A stretch of DNA of 26,977 nucleotides from a bacterium (GTDB lineage Bacteria; Krumholzibacteriota; Krumholzibacteriia; G020349025): positions 1-26,977 of the forward strand of contig JANLSU010000027.1 of assembly GCA_031362565.1 (NCBI GenBank). The letters are read 5' to 3'. This document shows, one piece after another, positions 1-9,001 of the stretch. The position numbers and the translations under genes are program-made. Within the stretch, counting starts at the first letter, position 1. Every line of letters starts with the position of its first letter. Below the pieces are notes generated by a model, which searched no databases, had not been told where the DNA came from, and was given only the letters and a program-made list of their open reading frames with translations.

Positions 1-1203
1 TCGATCGCGGATCCCGCGGGCAAGGAGGGGTTGGCGGACGTCACGATGTCGATGCTGCGCAAGGGCACCGATCGCTACACCGCCGAACAACTGGCGGAGG
101 AACTCGATTTTCTGGGCGCAAATCTCAACCTCGATGCGTCGCACGAGCGCTGCACCGTGCGCTCGCAATTCTTGGCGAAGGACTTGGACGCCGGGCTCGC
201 ACTGCTTGCCGATCTCGTGCTGCATCCCAAATTGGATGACGCCGAGCTCAAGAAATTGATCGACCTCAACGTCAACGGCTTGAAGGAATTGAAGGACACG
301 CCACGTGTCGTCGTCGGCCAGTACTACGACGCGTTCCTATTCGGCAGCCATCCGTTCGCGCGGCCGGTCGGCGGCACCGAGAAGAGCCTGCCGGCCATCA
401 CCCGCGCCGACGTCCAGGCGTATGCGCAGGAACACCTGCGGCCCAACACCGCGATCCTGTCGGTCGTCGGCGATTTTAAGGCGGATGCAATGCGGTCGAA
501 GATCGAGGCGGCGTTTGGCGCTTGGGCGCGCGGTGACGCGAAGGCGGTGGCCGAAACCGCCGCCAAGCCGGTCAAAGGCAAGCGCGTCCTGCTCGTCGAC
601 AAACCGGATGCGACGCAGTCGTACTTCCGGATCGGCAACGTAGGTGTGGCACGCGGCACTCCCGATGAAGCGGCGCTCGACGTCGTCAACACAGTCTTCG
701 GCGGCCGTTTCACGTCGTGGCTCATGACCGAGCTGCGTACCAAGTCAGGCTTGTCGTACAACGCCCACGCGGCGTTCGTGATGCGCCACGTCCCCGGCGC
801 GTTTTACATTTCGTCGTTCACACGCGTCGACGACACGCAGAAGGCCGTCGACATGGCGCTCTCGATCTTAGGCCGCTTGCACTCCCAGGGCCTCTCGGAC
901 GCCGAACTCGTCTCGGCAAAGAACTACATTCGCGGCCAGTTCCCGCCCGCCTATGAAGCCCCCGGCCAACTCGCCGGCGCCATGTCCGATCTCGAGTTCT
1001 TCGGCCTCGACCGCGCCTACGTCAATGAGCACACGCGCCGCACGGACGCCATCACAGCGGCGGACGCCAAGCGCGCGATAGCAGCGCACTACCCGACGAA
1101 GGACCTGACGACGGTGCTCGTCGGCCAAGCAGCGAAGATCCGCAAGTTCGCCGGCAAGTACGGCACGCTCACCGAGAAGAGCATCTCGGCGCCGGGGTTT
1201 TGA
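1..1203 (+). CDS. M16B zinc peptidase family, non-catalytic (beta-like) subunit; 5'-truncated by window edge
   Basis: Frame is open from base 1 (SIADPAGKEGLADVTMSMLRKGT), with no HXXEH at the position where catalytic subunits have it. Has the C-domain motif GGRFTSWLMTELRTKSGLSY and 'VLLVDKPDATQS'. Confidence 0.9.
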   Translation, partial: SIADPAGKEGLADVTMSMLRKGTDRYTAEQLAEELDFLGANLNLDASHERCTVRSQFLAKDLDAGLALLADLVLHPKLDDAELKKLIDLNVNGLKELKDTPRVVVGQYYDAFLFGSHPFARPVGGTEKSLPAITRADVQAYAQEHLRPNTAILSVVGDFKADAMRSKIEAAFGAWARGDAKAVAETAAKPVKGKRVLLVDKPDATQSYFRIGNVGVARGTPDEAALDVVNTVFGGRFTSWLMTELRTKSGLSYNAHAAFVMRHVPGAFYISSFTRVDDTQKAVDMALSILGRLHSQGLSDAELVSAKNYIRGQFPPAYEAPGQLAGAMSDLEFFGLDRAYVNEHTRRTDAITAADAKRAIAAHYPTKDLTTVLVGQAAKIRKFAGKYGTLTEKSISAPGF

Positions 1204-1239
1204 ACGTCGACGTTGGACGACATTTCGACACGGGCAAGG

Positions 1240-2763
1240 TCATCGGACTACGACTGTGCGAGCGGCTGCAATCAGCCGGCCGCCGGCATTCTCGACTCGG
1301 AAGACGTAACAACCCGCTCGAAGCGAATTCACCGGCAGATCAACGGTCGAACCGGTTCCGGGAGCGATGCTCTGCCGAAGCACCAAGTGGCCCGCGACAT
1401 CAAAAACAGAGAGTGAAGACGCCGGGCCCAATGTTGTGCGGCCGGGAAGACGAAGCGATGCTTGGGCGCGGCAAGGAGTCGGCTCTACCGTCGCAACGGA
1501 CGACCAGAGCGGCGTAATCGGCACGTCCGTGGGGCTAGTTGCCGGACGTTCCAAGACGAGGGTGTTACCGAAATTGGTGTTTCCATCGAATGTCCAATAC
1601 AGTTCGTCACGACCATTCTTGTTTATGTCATAGCGGGTCAGGAGGCTGTGCGATAGGCTCGGGCTTGGATCGGCAATCACTTCCGAAAGAACCCACTGGC
1701 CAGGCGCGACCGCTTTGTAGACCTGAATCTGAAGCAACCGACGGCAAACATACTCGAGGCCACCAACACCATCCGTGTTTGCAACGCAGTTGGAGGTCAC
1801 GGACATCGTTGTGGACCCAAGCCTCGCTACTCGCACAAACGTGTTGTCGCCTACTGCCTCGTAAACCATCGTACCGGCCCCGGCAACGAACAATTCGGGC
1901 TTGCCATTGCCATCCGTATCGACACCTCCCGTCACCGCGTACGCATTCAACATCCCCGTCGAATCCGTGAATGTCTCCTGCCACACATCGTTCGCGGGAG
2001 ACTCAAAAATATGTACATAGCCGTTCGTACCACAAAAAGCGATTTCCTGGAGACCGTCCTGGTCAAGGTCGGCAATCACCTTCGGGCCGCTCTCTTGAAT
2101 GCCACTCGTCGAAGCATTGAGCTTCAAGGCGAAGGCGTTGTCGGCCGTATTTTCAAATGTCAGCAGACGCGATGAATTCGAATTCCGCGAGTAGATAATC
2201 TCAAGGTTGCCATCACGATCGGTGTCGCTTACGGTCGCAAAACCAACGACGTTCGGCATGGGGCCAGACTGCCACACAAGAGATGTCGGGTACTCCGTTG
2301 AACTCGGCGACTCGTACATGCGAAGCACGCTCCCGTATTGCCCGATGACGTCTGATTTGCCGTCGTGGTCAATGTCACCGACCGCATAGGGGACCAGTTC
2401 CGGACCGGAGAACGCCTGATGGAACATAGCATCGGTCTTGTTGTACTCCAAGATGCGATACGTGAAGGTGTCGCTCGTGCTAACGCCACCGCTCAATTCT
2501 GGACTTCCATCGTGGTTCGCGTCGCCAAATAGCGGCGGAATATAGTAGAACGCGAGCGTTTGGGTGATGACCTGAAATGAATCCGCTCCCGAGCTGACGC
2601 GGGGATCAACCCGTAGTGGGTTTATCTCTACTGCAGCTTCGGTGGGGCTATGACGCCCGGTCTCCATCTGGATGTTTCGAACGGGGCGGATGGCGCAACT
2701 TTCACCCCAGGCAAGACGCGGCGTCAACACCAGAGCCAATAGATAGATCGGCGCCACGCGCAT
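1240..2763 (-). CDS. Secreted FG-GAP/VCBS repeat beta-propeller protein with C-terminal FlgD-Ig/T9SS-CTD-like domain
   Basis: Signal peptide. Repeated Ca-binding-type motifs: DANHDGSPE, DIDHDGKSD, DTDRDGNLE, DLDQDGLQE, DTDGNGKPE, DINKNGRDE. C-terminal LSVFDVAGHLV…AGCYVFRV…VVVR. GAGGAGG RBS. Lower GC than neighbours. Confidence 0.85.
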   Translation of the reverse strand: MRVAPIYLLALVLTPRLAWGESCAIRPVRNIQMETGRHSPTEAAVEINPLRVDPRVSSGADSFQVITQTLAFYYIPPLFGDANHDGSPELSGGVSTSDTFTYRILEYNKTDAMFHQAFSGPELVPYAVGDIDHDGKSDVIGQYGSVLRMYESPSSTEYPTSLVWQSGPMPNVVGFATVSDTDRDGNLEIIYSRNSNSSRLLTFENTADNAFALKLNASTSGIQESGPKVIADLDQDGLQEIAFCGTNGYVHIFESPANDVWQETFTDSTGMLNAYAVTGGVDTDGNGKPELFVAGAGTMVYEAVGDNTFVRVARLGSTTMSVTSNCVANTDGVGGLEYVCRRLLQIQVYKAVAPGQWVLSEVIADPSPSLSHSLLTRYDINKNGRDELYWTFDGNTNFGNTLVLERPATSPTDVPITPLWSSVATVEPTPCRAQASLRLPGRTTLGPASSLSVFDVAGHLVLRQSIAPGTGSTVDLPVNSLRAGCYVFRVENAGGRLIAAARTVVVR

Positions 2764-2864
2764 CTCGTACCCTCCTCAGAGGAACACTCCCTAAGCATAC
2801 CGCCTCGCGCCTCTGAGCGGGTTGGCAACGGCCCTTGGCACCCGTGCGAACCACCGCCGACCCC

Positions 2865-2904
2865 GAAAGACACGACGGGCTCGGCCTTGCGGTCGAGCCC
2901 GTCG
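2865..2904 (-). terminator. Probable intrinsic terminator of the large surface-protein gene
   Basis: Minus strand reads CGACGGGCTCGACC-GCAA-GGCCGAGCCCGTCG (14-bp stem with one mismatch, GNRA loop), then TGTCTTTC, 27 nt after the stop at 2932. Confidence 0.7.
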
Positions 2905-2931
2905 CTTCTCTCGTCTCTGGCCGGGGCTTGC

Positions 2932-5900
2932 TTACTTCAGTAACAACAACTTGAGGTGTTTCGTCGCCGCGCCGGCTTGCAGTTGGGCGAAGTAGACGCC
3001 CGAGGCGGCGTTGGCGCCGGAGTCCGTACGGCCGTTCCAGCGCGCGATGTGGGTTCCGGCCGGCAGAGTGCCGTTCACCAGTGTCGTGACGCGCGCGCCG
3101 CGCACGTCGTAGATCACGAGATGCACGGGGGCGGCTGCCGGCAGTGCGAACTGCAAGGCGGTTGCAGGATTGAACGGGTTCGGCGTGGCCGCGAGTGAGA
3201 GCACCACCGGCACGGCCGGCAGTTCGTTTTGCGAGCCCCGCGCCTTCACGACACCGGTGCATGCCGGGTCGCTCGGATCACCTTCGGCAGCGTTGGCATC
3301 CATCGCGGTCACGTGATAGCACGCGACACCGGCAAGCGGCTCCTCGTCGATGAAGCTCGTGCCCGTAACCAGCGCCGAGCTGTTGATCAGGACAAAGGGC
3401 TGGCCCTCGGCCTGACGATAGATGCGGTATCCAGTCGGCGTCCCGTACGCAGGCGCTTGCCAGGCGAGACGCACGACGTGCTCGGCCACCGGCTGCGTGT
3501 AAGACGTGGGCGGCGTGAAGTTGACGGAGTACAGCGCGCCCGGCGCCACCCGCACCAAGTCGATCGTGCCGGCGAAGAACGACTTCACGGTGCCAGCCGT
3601 GACGCGAGCGCCCACGTAGAGCGGGTCGAGGCTCGTGATGGGGGTACCGGAATCCACCACGTTGGTCGCCAGAATTCCGTCCAGGAAGATGCGGCTCCGG
3701 CTCGCAGCTTGATCGTACACACACGCCACGTGATGCCAATTGGCGTCCATGAGCGTGGCGGCACTGGTCGCACCGTGCGTGGTGCCGCCCGAAGTTTGCC
3801 ACGTGAAGTTGATATGGCCGTCGGCCTGCACGAGAACCATGTAATTACGCTTGTTCGAGTCGCCCTTGCTCAGGATCGCGTGCTCCGCGGCAAAGCTCGA
3901 ACGCCGCACCCAGGCCTCGACCGTAAAGCTATTCGTGAAGCGCAGGCCGGGCACGTCCAAGACCTTGATGCGATCGTTCGATCCATCGAAACGGAGCGCA
4001 CTGCCGTTGACGCCGGCAACCCATGTCGGATCCGATGTCTCGACGGTTGTCGCGGTACCCAGAGTCGCGTTGTTGCCATTGCCGGTCGCATCGGCGGCCA
4101 CCTGGCCGGTGCCTTCATCGAGTCCGAGCACCATCGCGCCCACTGCGGTGCCGGCGACGATCGTGTCGGCTGGTGTCGCGGTCAGGGCGAGCGGCGCGCC
4201 TACGAGCGGCGGCGCGACATAGGTCACGCAGGCGGTATCCGACGCCGCGCTCACATCACCATCGGCGTCGAGTGCCTTCGCGAAGTAGCACAAGCTTGCG
4301 TTCGCCGACGTGCTGTCGACGAGTGTCGTGTCCGCCACGGGCGTGCTCGTCAATAGTGCGAAGGGCGCGGCGTTCAAGCGGCGGTACACGAGATATCCAC
4401 CAGCCGGCGGCCCACTCATGGGCGGCGACCAGGTCACGTGCACATGGCCGAGCGCATTCTCGTCGAGCGCAGCGAGGAGATTCTGCGGCGGCAGCGGCGC
4501 CGGTCCGGTTCGCAAGTCCACGATGACGGGCGCGGACGCAATGCCTGGATCGCCGTGTGTGTTGAGTGCGGTTACGGAGTACTGAAGCTGTGCCGAGGGC
4601 GCGAGCTCGTCCGTGAACACGGTCCGAATGATCGCGGCCGTGTTCAAAGTCGCAGGGATGTTGCCGAAGTACGCCCGGTCGACGCGATAGCTGCCGACGG
4701 TGCTGCCGCTCGTCGGTGGCGCCCAGCGCACGAGCACACTCCGCGGTCCGGCAGCGGGCGGCGCGAGCGGGTTCGCAACCGGCGTGAAGTCGGCGGCGTA
4801 CAAGGCCCCCGGGACAATGTGTACCGCGTCGATGGCGCCCGCGAACGGACTCTTGAGCGACGTGCCGCTCGGATAAACGCCCAAGTAGAAGGGTGAGCTG
4901 TTGGCCGCCGGCACGCCGATGCCAACGCCGGTGGCGCGGAGCGCGCCATCGAAGTAGATGCGGTTCTGCAGCGCGTTGGCGTCGTAGACGCACGCCACGT
5001 GGTGCCAACCGGTGCCCTTGAAGAGAAGCGCCGCGCTCGTCACGATGCGCTGCACGCCGGCCGCGTCATCCCACGAGAACTCGAGCCCGCCCGCTGCCGT
5101 GACCATGAGGCGGTAGGTGCGCTTGCCGACCGCACCCTTGTCGAGAATGCAGCCGATCTTCGTGTTGCCGCGGTTGACCCAGGCTTCAATTGTGAAGCTG
5201 CCGGCCATGTCGAACGACGGCGCGTCGGTGACGCTGACGTAGTCGTTCGAGCCATCGAACTGCAGCGCCTGGCCCGCGACACCGGCCGTCCAGAGCGGGT
5301 CCGCGGTATCTGTGCCTGCGGTGCTGCCGAGGCTCGCATCATTGCCATTGCCCGAGAGGTCGGTCTCGACTTGCCCCGCGCCGGTATCGCACCAGAGTGC
5401 CAGAACTCCTTGCGTGCTCCCAGCGACGATGGGCGTCGCCGTCACGGCGACCGGCGTTCCGGGCGGTGCAATCGATTGATTCGAAACGCAGGACGGGCTT
5501 GTCGATGCGCTCGTCTGCGCGCCACGCACCGCGGTCAAGTGGTAGCAGAGATTTCCCGCCGGCGGGTTCAGGTGCGTGTACGATGTTCCGACGACCGGCG
5601 CCGCATTCACCTTCTGGCTCGCGGCACCGTCGACTTGCACATAGACATCGTAGCCATCGACCGTCGTCGACGACGCCGTCCATGACAGTTCGACGCGCAT
5701 CGGCACGGTCTGCAACACGGCCGCGAGGTTGCTGGGCGCCGCTGGTGCCTGCGGACCCTGGTTGCCGCTCGGTTCGAAGCTATTCTCCCACACCTTGGCG
5801 CCGCCCTCGCACAAGGCGACGAGCGTACCGGATGGCAGGCTTTGCTTCGTGCCGGTGACGTTGTTCAGGTTGCTCGAACTCGTGATGAAGGTGACGGTCG

Positions 5901-6921
5901 CGCCAAACTGCAGATCGCTCATGTTGGCGACCCGATAGCAGACCGAGTTCGGGACGACATTCCATGCCGTGTACAGGATGTAGGCCAGCTGATCGGCTTC
6001 CGAAAGCTGGATGATGCCGCGCGTGCCGATGGCACCGGTCACGTCGCGCACTGTCGACCACGTTCCATCGACCGCCCGGCGGTGCACTTGCATGCGATCG
6101 AAGTCATCCTTGGTGATCGCGTAGACGCGTCCGGTGGCATCGGCAGCCAAGGAAATATGGTCGTCCGCGAACCCCGAGCCCGCATCCACGACCTCTTCCG
6201 AGTCCCACACCGACATGTCGGCGCCATCGTGGTGAATTCGGAAGCCGAATTCGTCGCGGGCCTGATCCGACCAGAAGACGCCGATCTTGTCGCCGCCAAA
6301 CGCCACAACGGTGCAAATGTCGTCCGGGGCAACACCCTTCCGCAACACAACGGGGCTGGCCGACCAACTCCGGTCATCGGCGCTCGTGGTGCAGTACACG
6401 TTGATGTCGGATCCGCCCTCGGCCACGGCCCACAGCCGGCCGGTCGAGTCCTCGTCGAGCACCATCGTTTCCGCGCCGCTCGGTCGCGGCATCGGCACCG
6501 GAAAGCCCGACGCCAAATTCCAAAGGCGCAGTTGGGCGTCGTAGGTATAGCGGAAAAGTTGTGGCGTCCCATTGAAAACCAACACGAACAGGGATGTGCC
6601 GTCCCATTTCACATCGGCTTGGCCAGTGGGGCAAAGAATCGCGTCCATGGCGTTCGAGCGTACCCACGTGTTGCCGACCTTTTCGTAGATCGCAACGCCG
6701 CTGGCGCCTTCGACGATGCCCCAGTACGAGCCATCGTGATACCACAGTTTCGATTGCGGCTTCTCACCAGTTACCGCTTCGCCAGCCGTCGCGAACATGG
6801 CTGTCCCTACGGCCTGCGCCTCGGGTGCGAAACAAGCGAGCACGCCGGCCAGCGCGCAGAGTGCCGCTGGACGAACCTGGCGCGATGAGGAAGCCGGCGC
6901 GAAACGTGGAAGAGAGAACAA
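2932..6921 (-). CDS. Large secreted multidomain protein: N-terminal beta-propeller-like domain, 4 FN3-like domains, 2 LamG/ConA-like domains, C-terminal FlgD-Ig/T9SS-CTD-like domain
   Basis: Signal peptide ending AQA. LamG motifs ALQFDGSNDY…FTIEAWV…WHHVACVYD occur twice. FN3 motifs P.NL.A…V.LSW…GY.VY. C-terminal PNPFNPAT…IYDVRG…WNG…ASGVYF…KLLLLK. TTG start preceded by GAAGGGA. Confidence 0.88.
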   Translation of the reverse strand: MFSLPRFAPASSSRQVRPAALCALAGVLACFAPEAQAVGTAMFATAGEAVTGEKPQSKLWYHDGSYWGIVEGASGVAIYEKVGNTWVRSNAMDAILCPTGQADVKWDGTSLFVLVFNGTPQLFRYTYDAQLRLWNLASGFPVPMPRPSGAETMVLDEDSTGRLWAVAEGGSDINVYCTTSADDRSWSASPVVLRKGVAPDDICTVVAFGGDKIGVFWSDQARDEFGFRIHHDGADMSVWDSEEVVDAGSGFADDHISLAADATGRVYAITKDDFDRMQVHRRAVDGTWSTVRDVTGAIGTRGIIQLSEADQLAYILYTAWNVVPNSVCYRVANMSDLQFGATVTFITSSSNLNNVTGTKQSLPSGTLVALCEGGAKVWENSFEPSGNQGPQAPAAPSNLAAVLQTVPMRVELSWTASSTTVDGYDVYVQVDGAASQKVNAAPVVGTSYTHLNPPAGNLCYHLTAVRGAQTSASTSPSCVSNQSIAPPGTPVAVTATPIVAGSTQGVLALWCDTGAGQVETDLSGNGNDASLGSTAGTDTADPLWTAGVAGQALQFDGSNDYVSVTDAPSFDMAGSFTIEAWVNRGNTKIGCILDKGAVGKRTYRLMVTAAGGLEFSWDDAAGVQRIVTSAALLFKGTGWHHVACVYDANALQNRIYFDGALRATGVGIGVPAANSSPFYLGVYPSGTSLKSPFAGAIDAVHIVPGALYAADFTPVANPLAPPAAGPRSVLVRWAPPTSGSTVGSYRVDRAYFGNIPATLNTAAIIRTVFTDELAPSAQLQYSVTALNTHGDPGIASAPVIVDLRTGPAPLPPQNLLAALDENALGHVHVTWSPPMSGPPAGGYLVYRRLNAAPFALLTSTPVADTTLVDSTSANASLCYFAKALDADGDVSAASDTACVTYVAPPLVGAPLALTATPADTIVAGTAVGAMVLGLDEGTGQVAADATGNGNNATLGTATTVETSDPTWVAGVNGSALRFDGSNDRIKVLDVPGLRFTNSFTVEAWVRRSSFAAEHAILSKGDSNKRNYMVLVQADGHINFTWQTSGGTTHGATSAATLMDANWHHVACVYDQAASRSRIFLDGILATNVVDSGTPITSLDPLYVGARVTAGTVKSFFAGTIDLVRVAPGALYSVNFTPPTSYTQPVAEHVVRLAWQAPAYGTPTGYRIYRQAEGQPFVLINSSALVTGTSFIDEEPLAGVACYHVTAMDANAAEGDPSDPACTGVVKARGSQNELPAVPVVLSLAATPNPFNPATALQFALPAAAPVHLVIYDVRGARVTTLVNGTLPAGTHIARWNGRTDSGANAASGVYFAQLQAGAATKHLKLLLLK

Positions 6922-7204
6922 TCAGGCACATCCCTTCGATGCCGGAATAGCCCACTGCCCGGTCGAGAGCCCGGGTGCGGCTTCGGTAGTCACCGCACTG
7001 CAACCGTCCTGCCGCCGGTACGGAGAGTTGCAACGCCCACGATGACAACTGATTGCGAAGTGCTGTCTGAATAGTTGACAGCGCGAATGGGGCGGACACC
7101 ACAATCGGAAGGCTGCGTCGCGGGGTATTTCACGCACTTCGACGTTCGTCGCATGATGCGCGTCACCGTGCGGCAGCAGAGGAACGCGCGCGGAATGTCG
7201 CGGA

Positions 7205-8557
7205 TCAACGCGCCTTCTTGCGCCGCCACAAGCGCAGGGCCGGCAGCCCCACCGCGACGCAAACGAGCCCGGTGATCGACTGCCGCGGTGCATCCCGCAG
7301 CGCCGAACCGAGCAGCAATAAACACGCGAGTGCAAACAATGCAGGCACGACCGGATAACCCCAAACGCGATACGGGCGCGGACGATCGGGAACGCGGCGC
7401 CGCAATACGAACACCGCGACGGTGGTGGCGACGTGAAACAAGATCACGACGACCGTGACATAGGTATAGAGCTGCGCGTAAGTCCCGGTCCAAACGAGCG
7501 CGCAGGCCCAGGCGGCTTGGGCCCACAAGGCCGCCGTCGGAGTGTGAAAGCGCCGGTCGATGCGCGCCATCGGCGCGAAGAACAGTCCATCTTCCGCCAT
7601 CGAAACATAGGTCCGTGAGCCGTAGAGGATCGTCCCCGCCAAACATCCGAGGGTGCAAACGACGACGACGGCACTTGCGATGTGCGCCGCTCGTGCCCCA
7701 CCCAGAACGGCGGCCGTGGCCTCGGCAGCGTTGGGCGCGTCCATGAGCGCGGCTATCGGCAGAACGTGCACGTACGCCGCCATGCCGATCGTGTAGAGCA
7801 CGATGACGCAAATGGTCCCCAAAATGAGGCCACGCGGGATGTCGCGCTCGGGCCGCCGTACTTCCCCCGCCGAGAACGTGAGCCCGTACCAACCGTCGTA
7901 GGTCCACAACATGGCGACCATGGCGGCACCGAACCCCGCCAGTGCTCCGCTTCGTGGCGCAACGAACGCCGGTGCCGCGGCCGCGGCGCTCGAGCCGCTC
8001 GTCAGCGCGAAGAGCGCCAGAGCCGCGACCGCAAGAACCGCACAGAGGGTCAGCGCCGCCTGTAGCGTCGCGCCGGCCCGCAGACCGGCATGATTCACCG
8101 CGGTCAAAACCACGATCGCCACCGTCGCAACGAGCGCCGGTGCTGGCGCGCTCGCGGGCCAAAACGTCGCGGCACACTGCGCGAATCCCATCGCGATCGC
8201 CGCGACTCCACCCGACATGATGACCAGAAACGCCGCCCAGCCGTACAAGAAGCCCCACGCCGGGCCATAGGCTTCCTTCAGAAATACATAGAGGCCGCCG
8301 GCGCGCGGGAACATGGCACCGAGCTCGGCATAGGTGAGCGCGCCGACCAGCGTGAAGAGCCCGGCCACCACGGTGACTGCGATCACGAGCGTGGGGTCGT
8401 GCAGGGCCCGCGCCACGTCGCGCGGGGTGAGGAAGATTCCCGTCCCGACGACCGACCCGATGGTGAGCAGCGCGCAGCTCCACGCCCCCAGCCGGCGCTC
8501 GAGGCCGGCACCGCCGCCACGCCGCGTGTCGGCGTCGATGTGCGGCGTCTCGCTCAT
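7205..8557 (-). CDS. APC-family amino acid permease
   Basis: Motifs GSVVGTGIF, YAELGAMFPRAGG.Y, WTYDGW, E…P.R.IPR, RPYRVWGYP; about 12 hydrophobic segments. Alternative GTG start at 8566. Confidence 0.92.
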   Translation of the reverse strand: MSETPHIDADTRRGGGAGLERRLGAWSCALLTIGSVVGTGIFLTPRDVARALHDPTLVIAVTVVAGLFTLVGALTYAELGAMFPRAGGLYVFLKEAYGPAWGFLYGWAAFLVIMSGGVAAIAMGFAQCAATFWPASAPAPALVATVAIVVLTAVNHAGLRAGATLQAALTLCAVLAVAALALFALTSGSSAAAAAPAFVAPRSGALAGFGAAMVAMLWTYDGWYGLTFSAGEVRRPERDIPRGLILGTICVIVLYTIGMAAYVHVLPIAALMDAPNAAEATAAVLGGARAAHIASAVVVVCTLGCLAGTILYGSRTYVSMAEDGLFFAPMARIDRRFHTPTAALWAQAAWACALVWTGTYAQLYTYVTVVVILFHVATTVAVFVLRRRVPDRPRPYRVWGYPVVPALFALACLLLLGSALRDAPRQSITGLVCVAVGLPALRLWRRKKAR

Positions 8558-8575
8558 CCGATCCACAGCCTTGCT

Positions 8576-9001
8576 TCAGGAAGCGCGGTCGAAGTGATAC
8601 AGCAACCCGTAGATGACAACGCCGGTCACCGACACATAGAACCAGAGCGGCAACGTCCAGCGCGCAATGCGCCGGTGCGCGGCGTATTGGCGGCGAAGCG
8701 CCCGGCGCGCCGTAACGATGACGAGCGGCACGATCACAACCGCCAGAATCGTATGGGTGGTGAGAATCGCAAAATAAACGGGGCGAATCCAGCCGTGGCT
8801 TTGAAAGCGCACGCTGCCGACTTGCGCGTGGTAGATGATGTACGACGTGAGAAACGCCATCGACGTCGCGAGCGCCGCCAGCATGCAGGCCCGGTGGGCG
8901 GCGATGTTGCGGCGGCGGATGCACACGAACCCGGCCGCGAGCAGCACGGCCGAAGTCGCGTTCAACGTCGCGTTGAGAGTCGGAAGATCGTCTACGGTCA
9001 T
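8576..9001 (-). CDS. DUF420 (YozB/CtaM-like) membrane protein associated with oxidase assembly
   Basis: Motifs LPTLNATLN, HRACM, FLTSY..YH, THTILA, HRRIARWTLPLWFYVSVTG. ATGA overlap with the SCO stop. Confidence 0.92.
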   Translation of the reverse strand: MTVDDLPTLNATLNATSAVLLAAGFVCIRRRNIAAHRACMLAALATSMAFLTSYIIYHAQVGSVRFQSHGWIRPVYFAILTTHTILAVVIVPLVIVTARRALRRQYAAHRRIARWTLPLWFYVSVTGVVIYGLLYHFDRAS

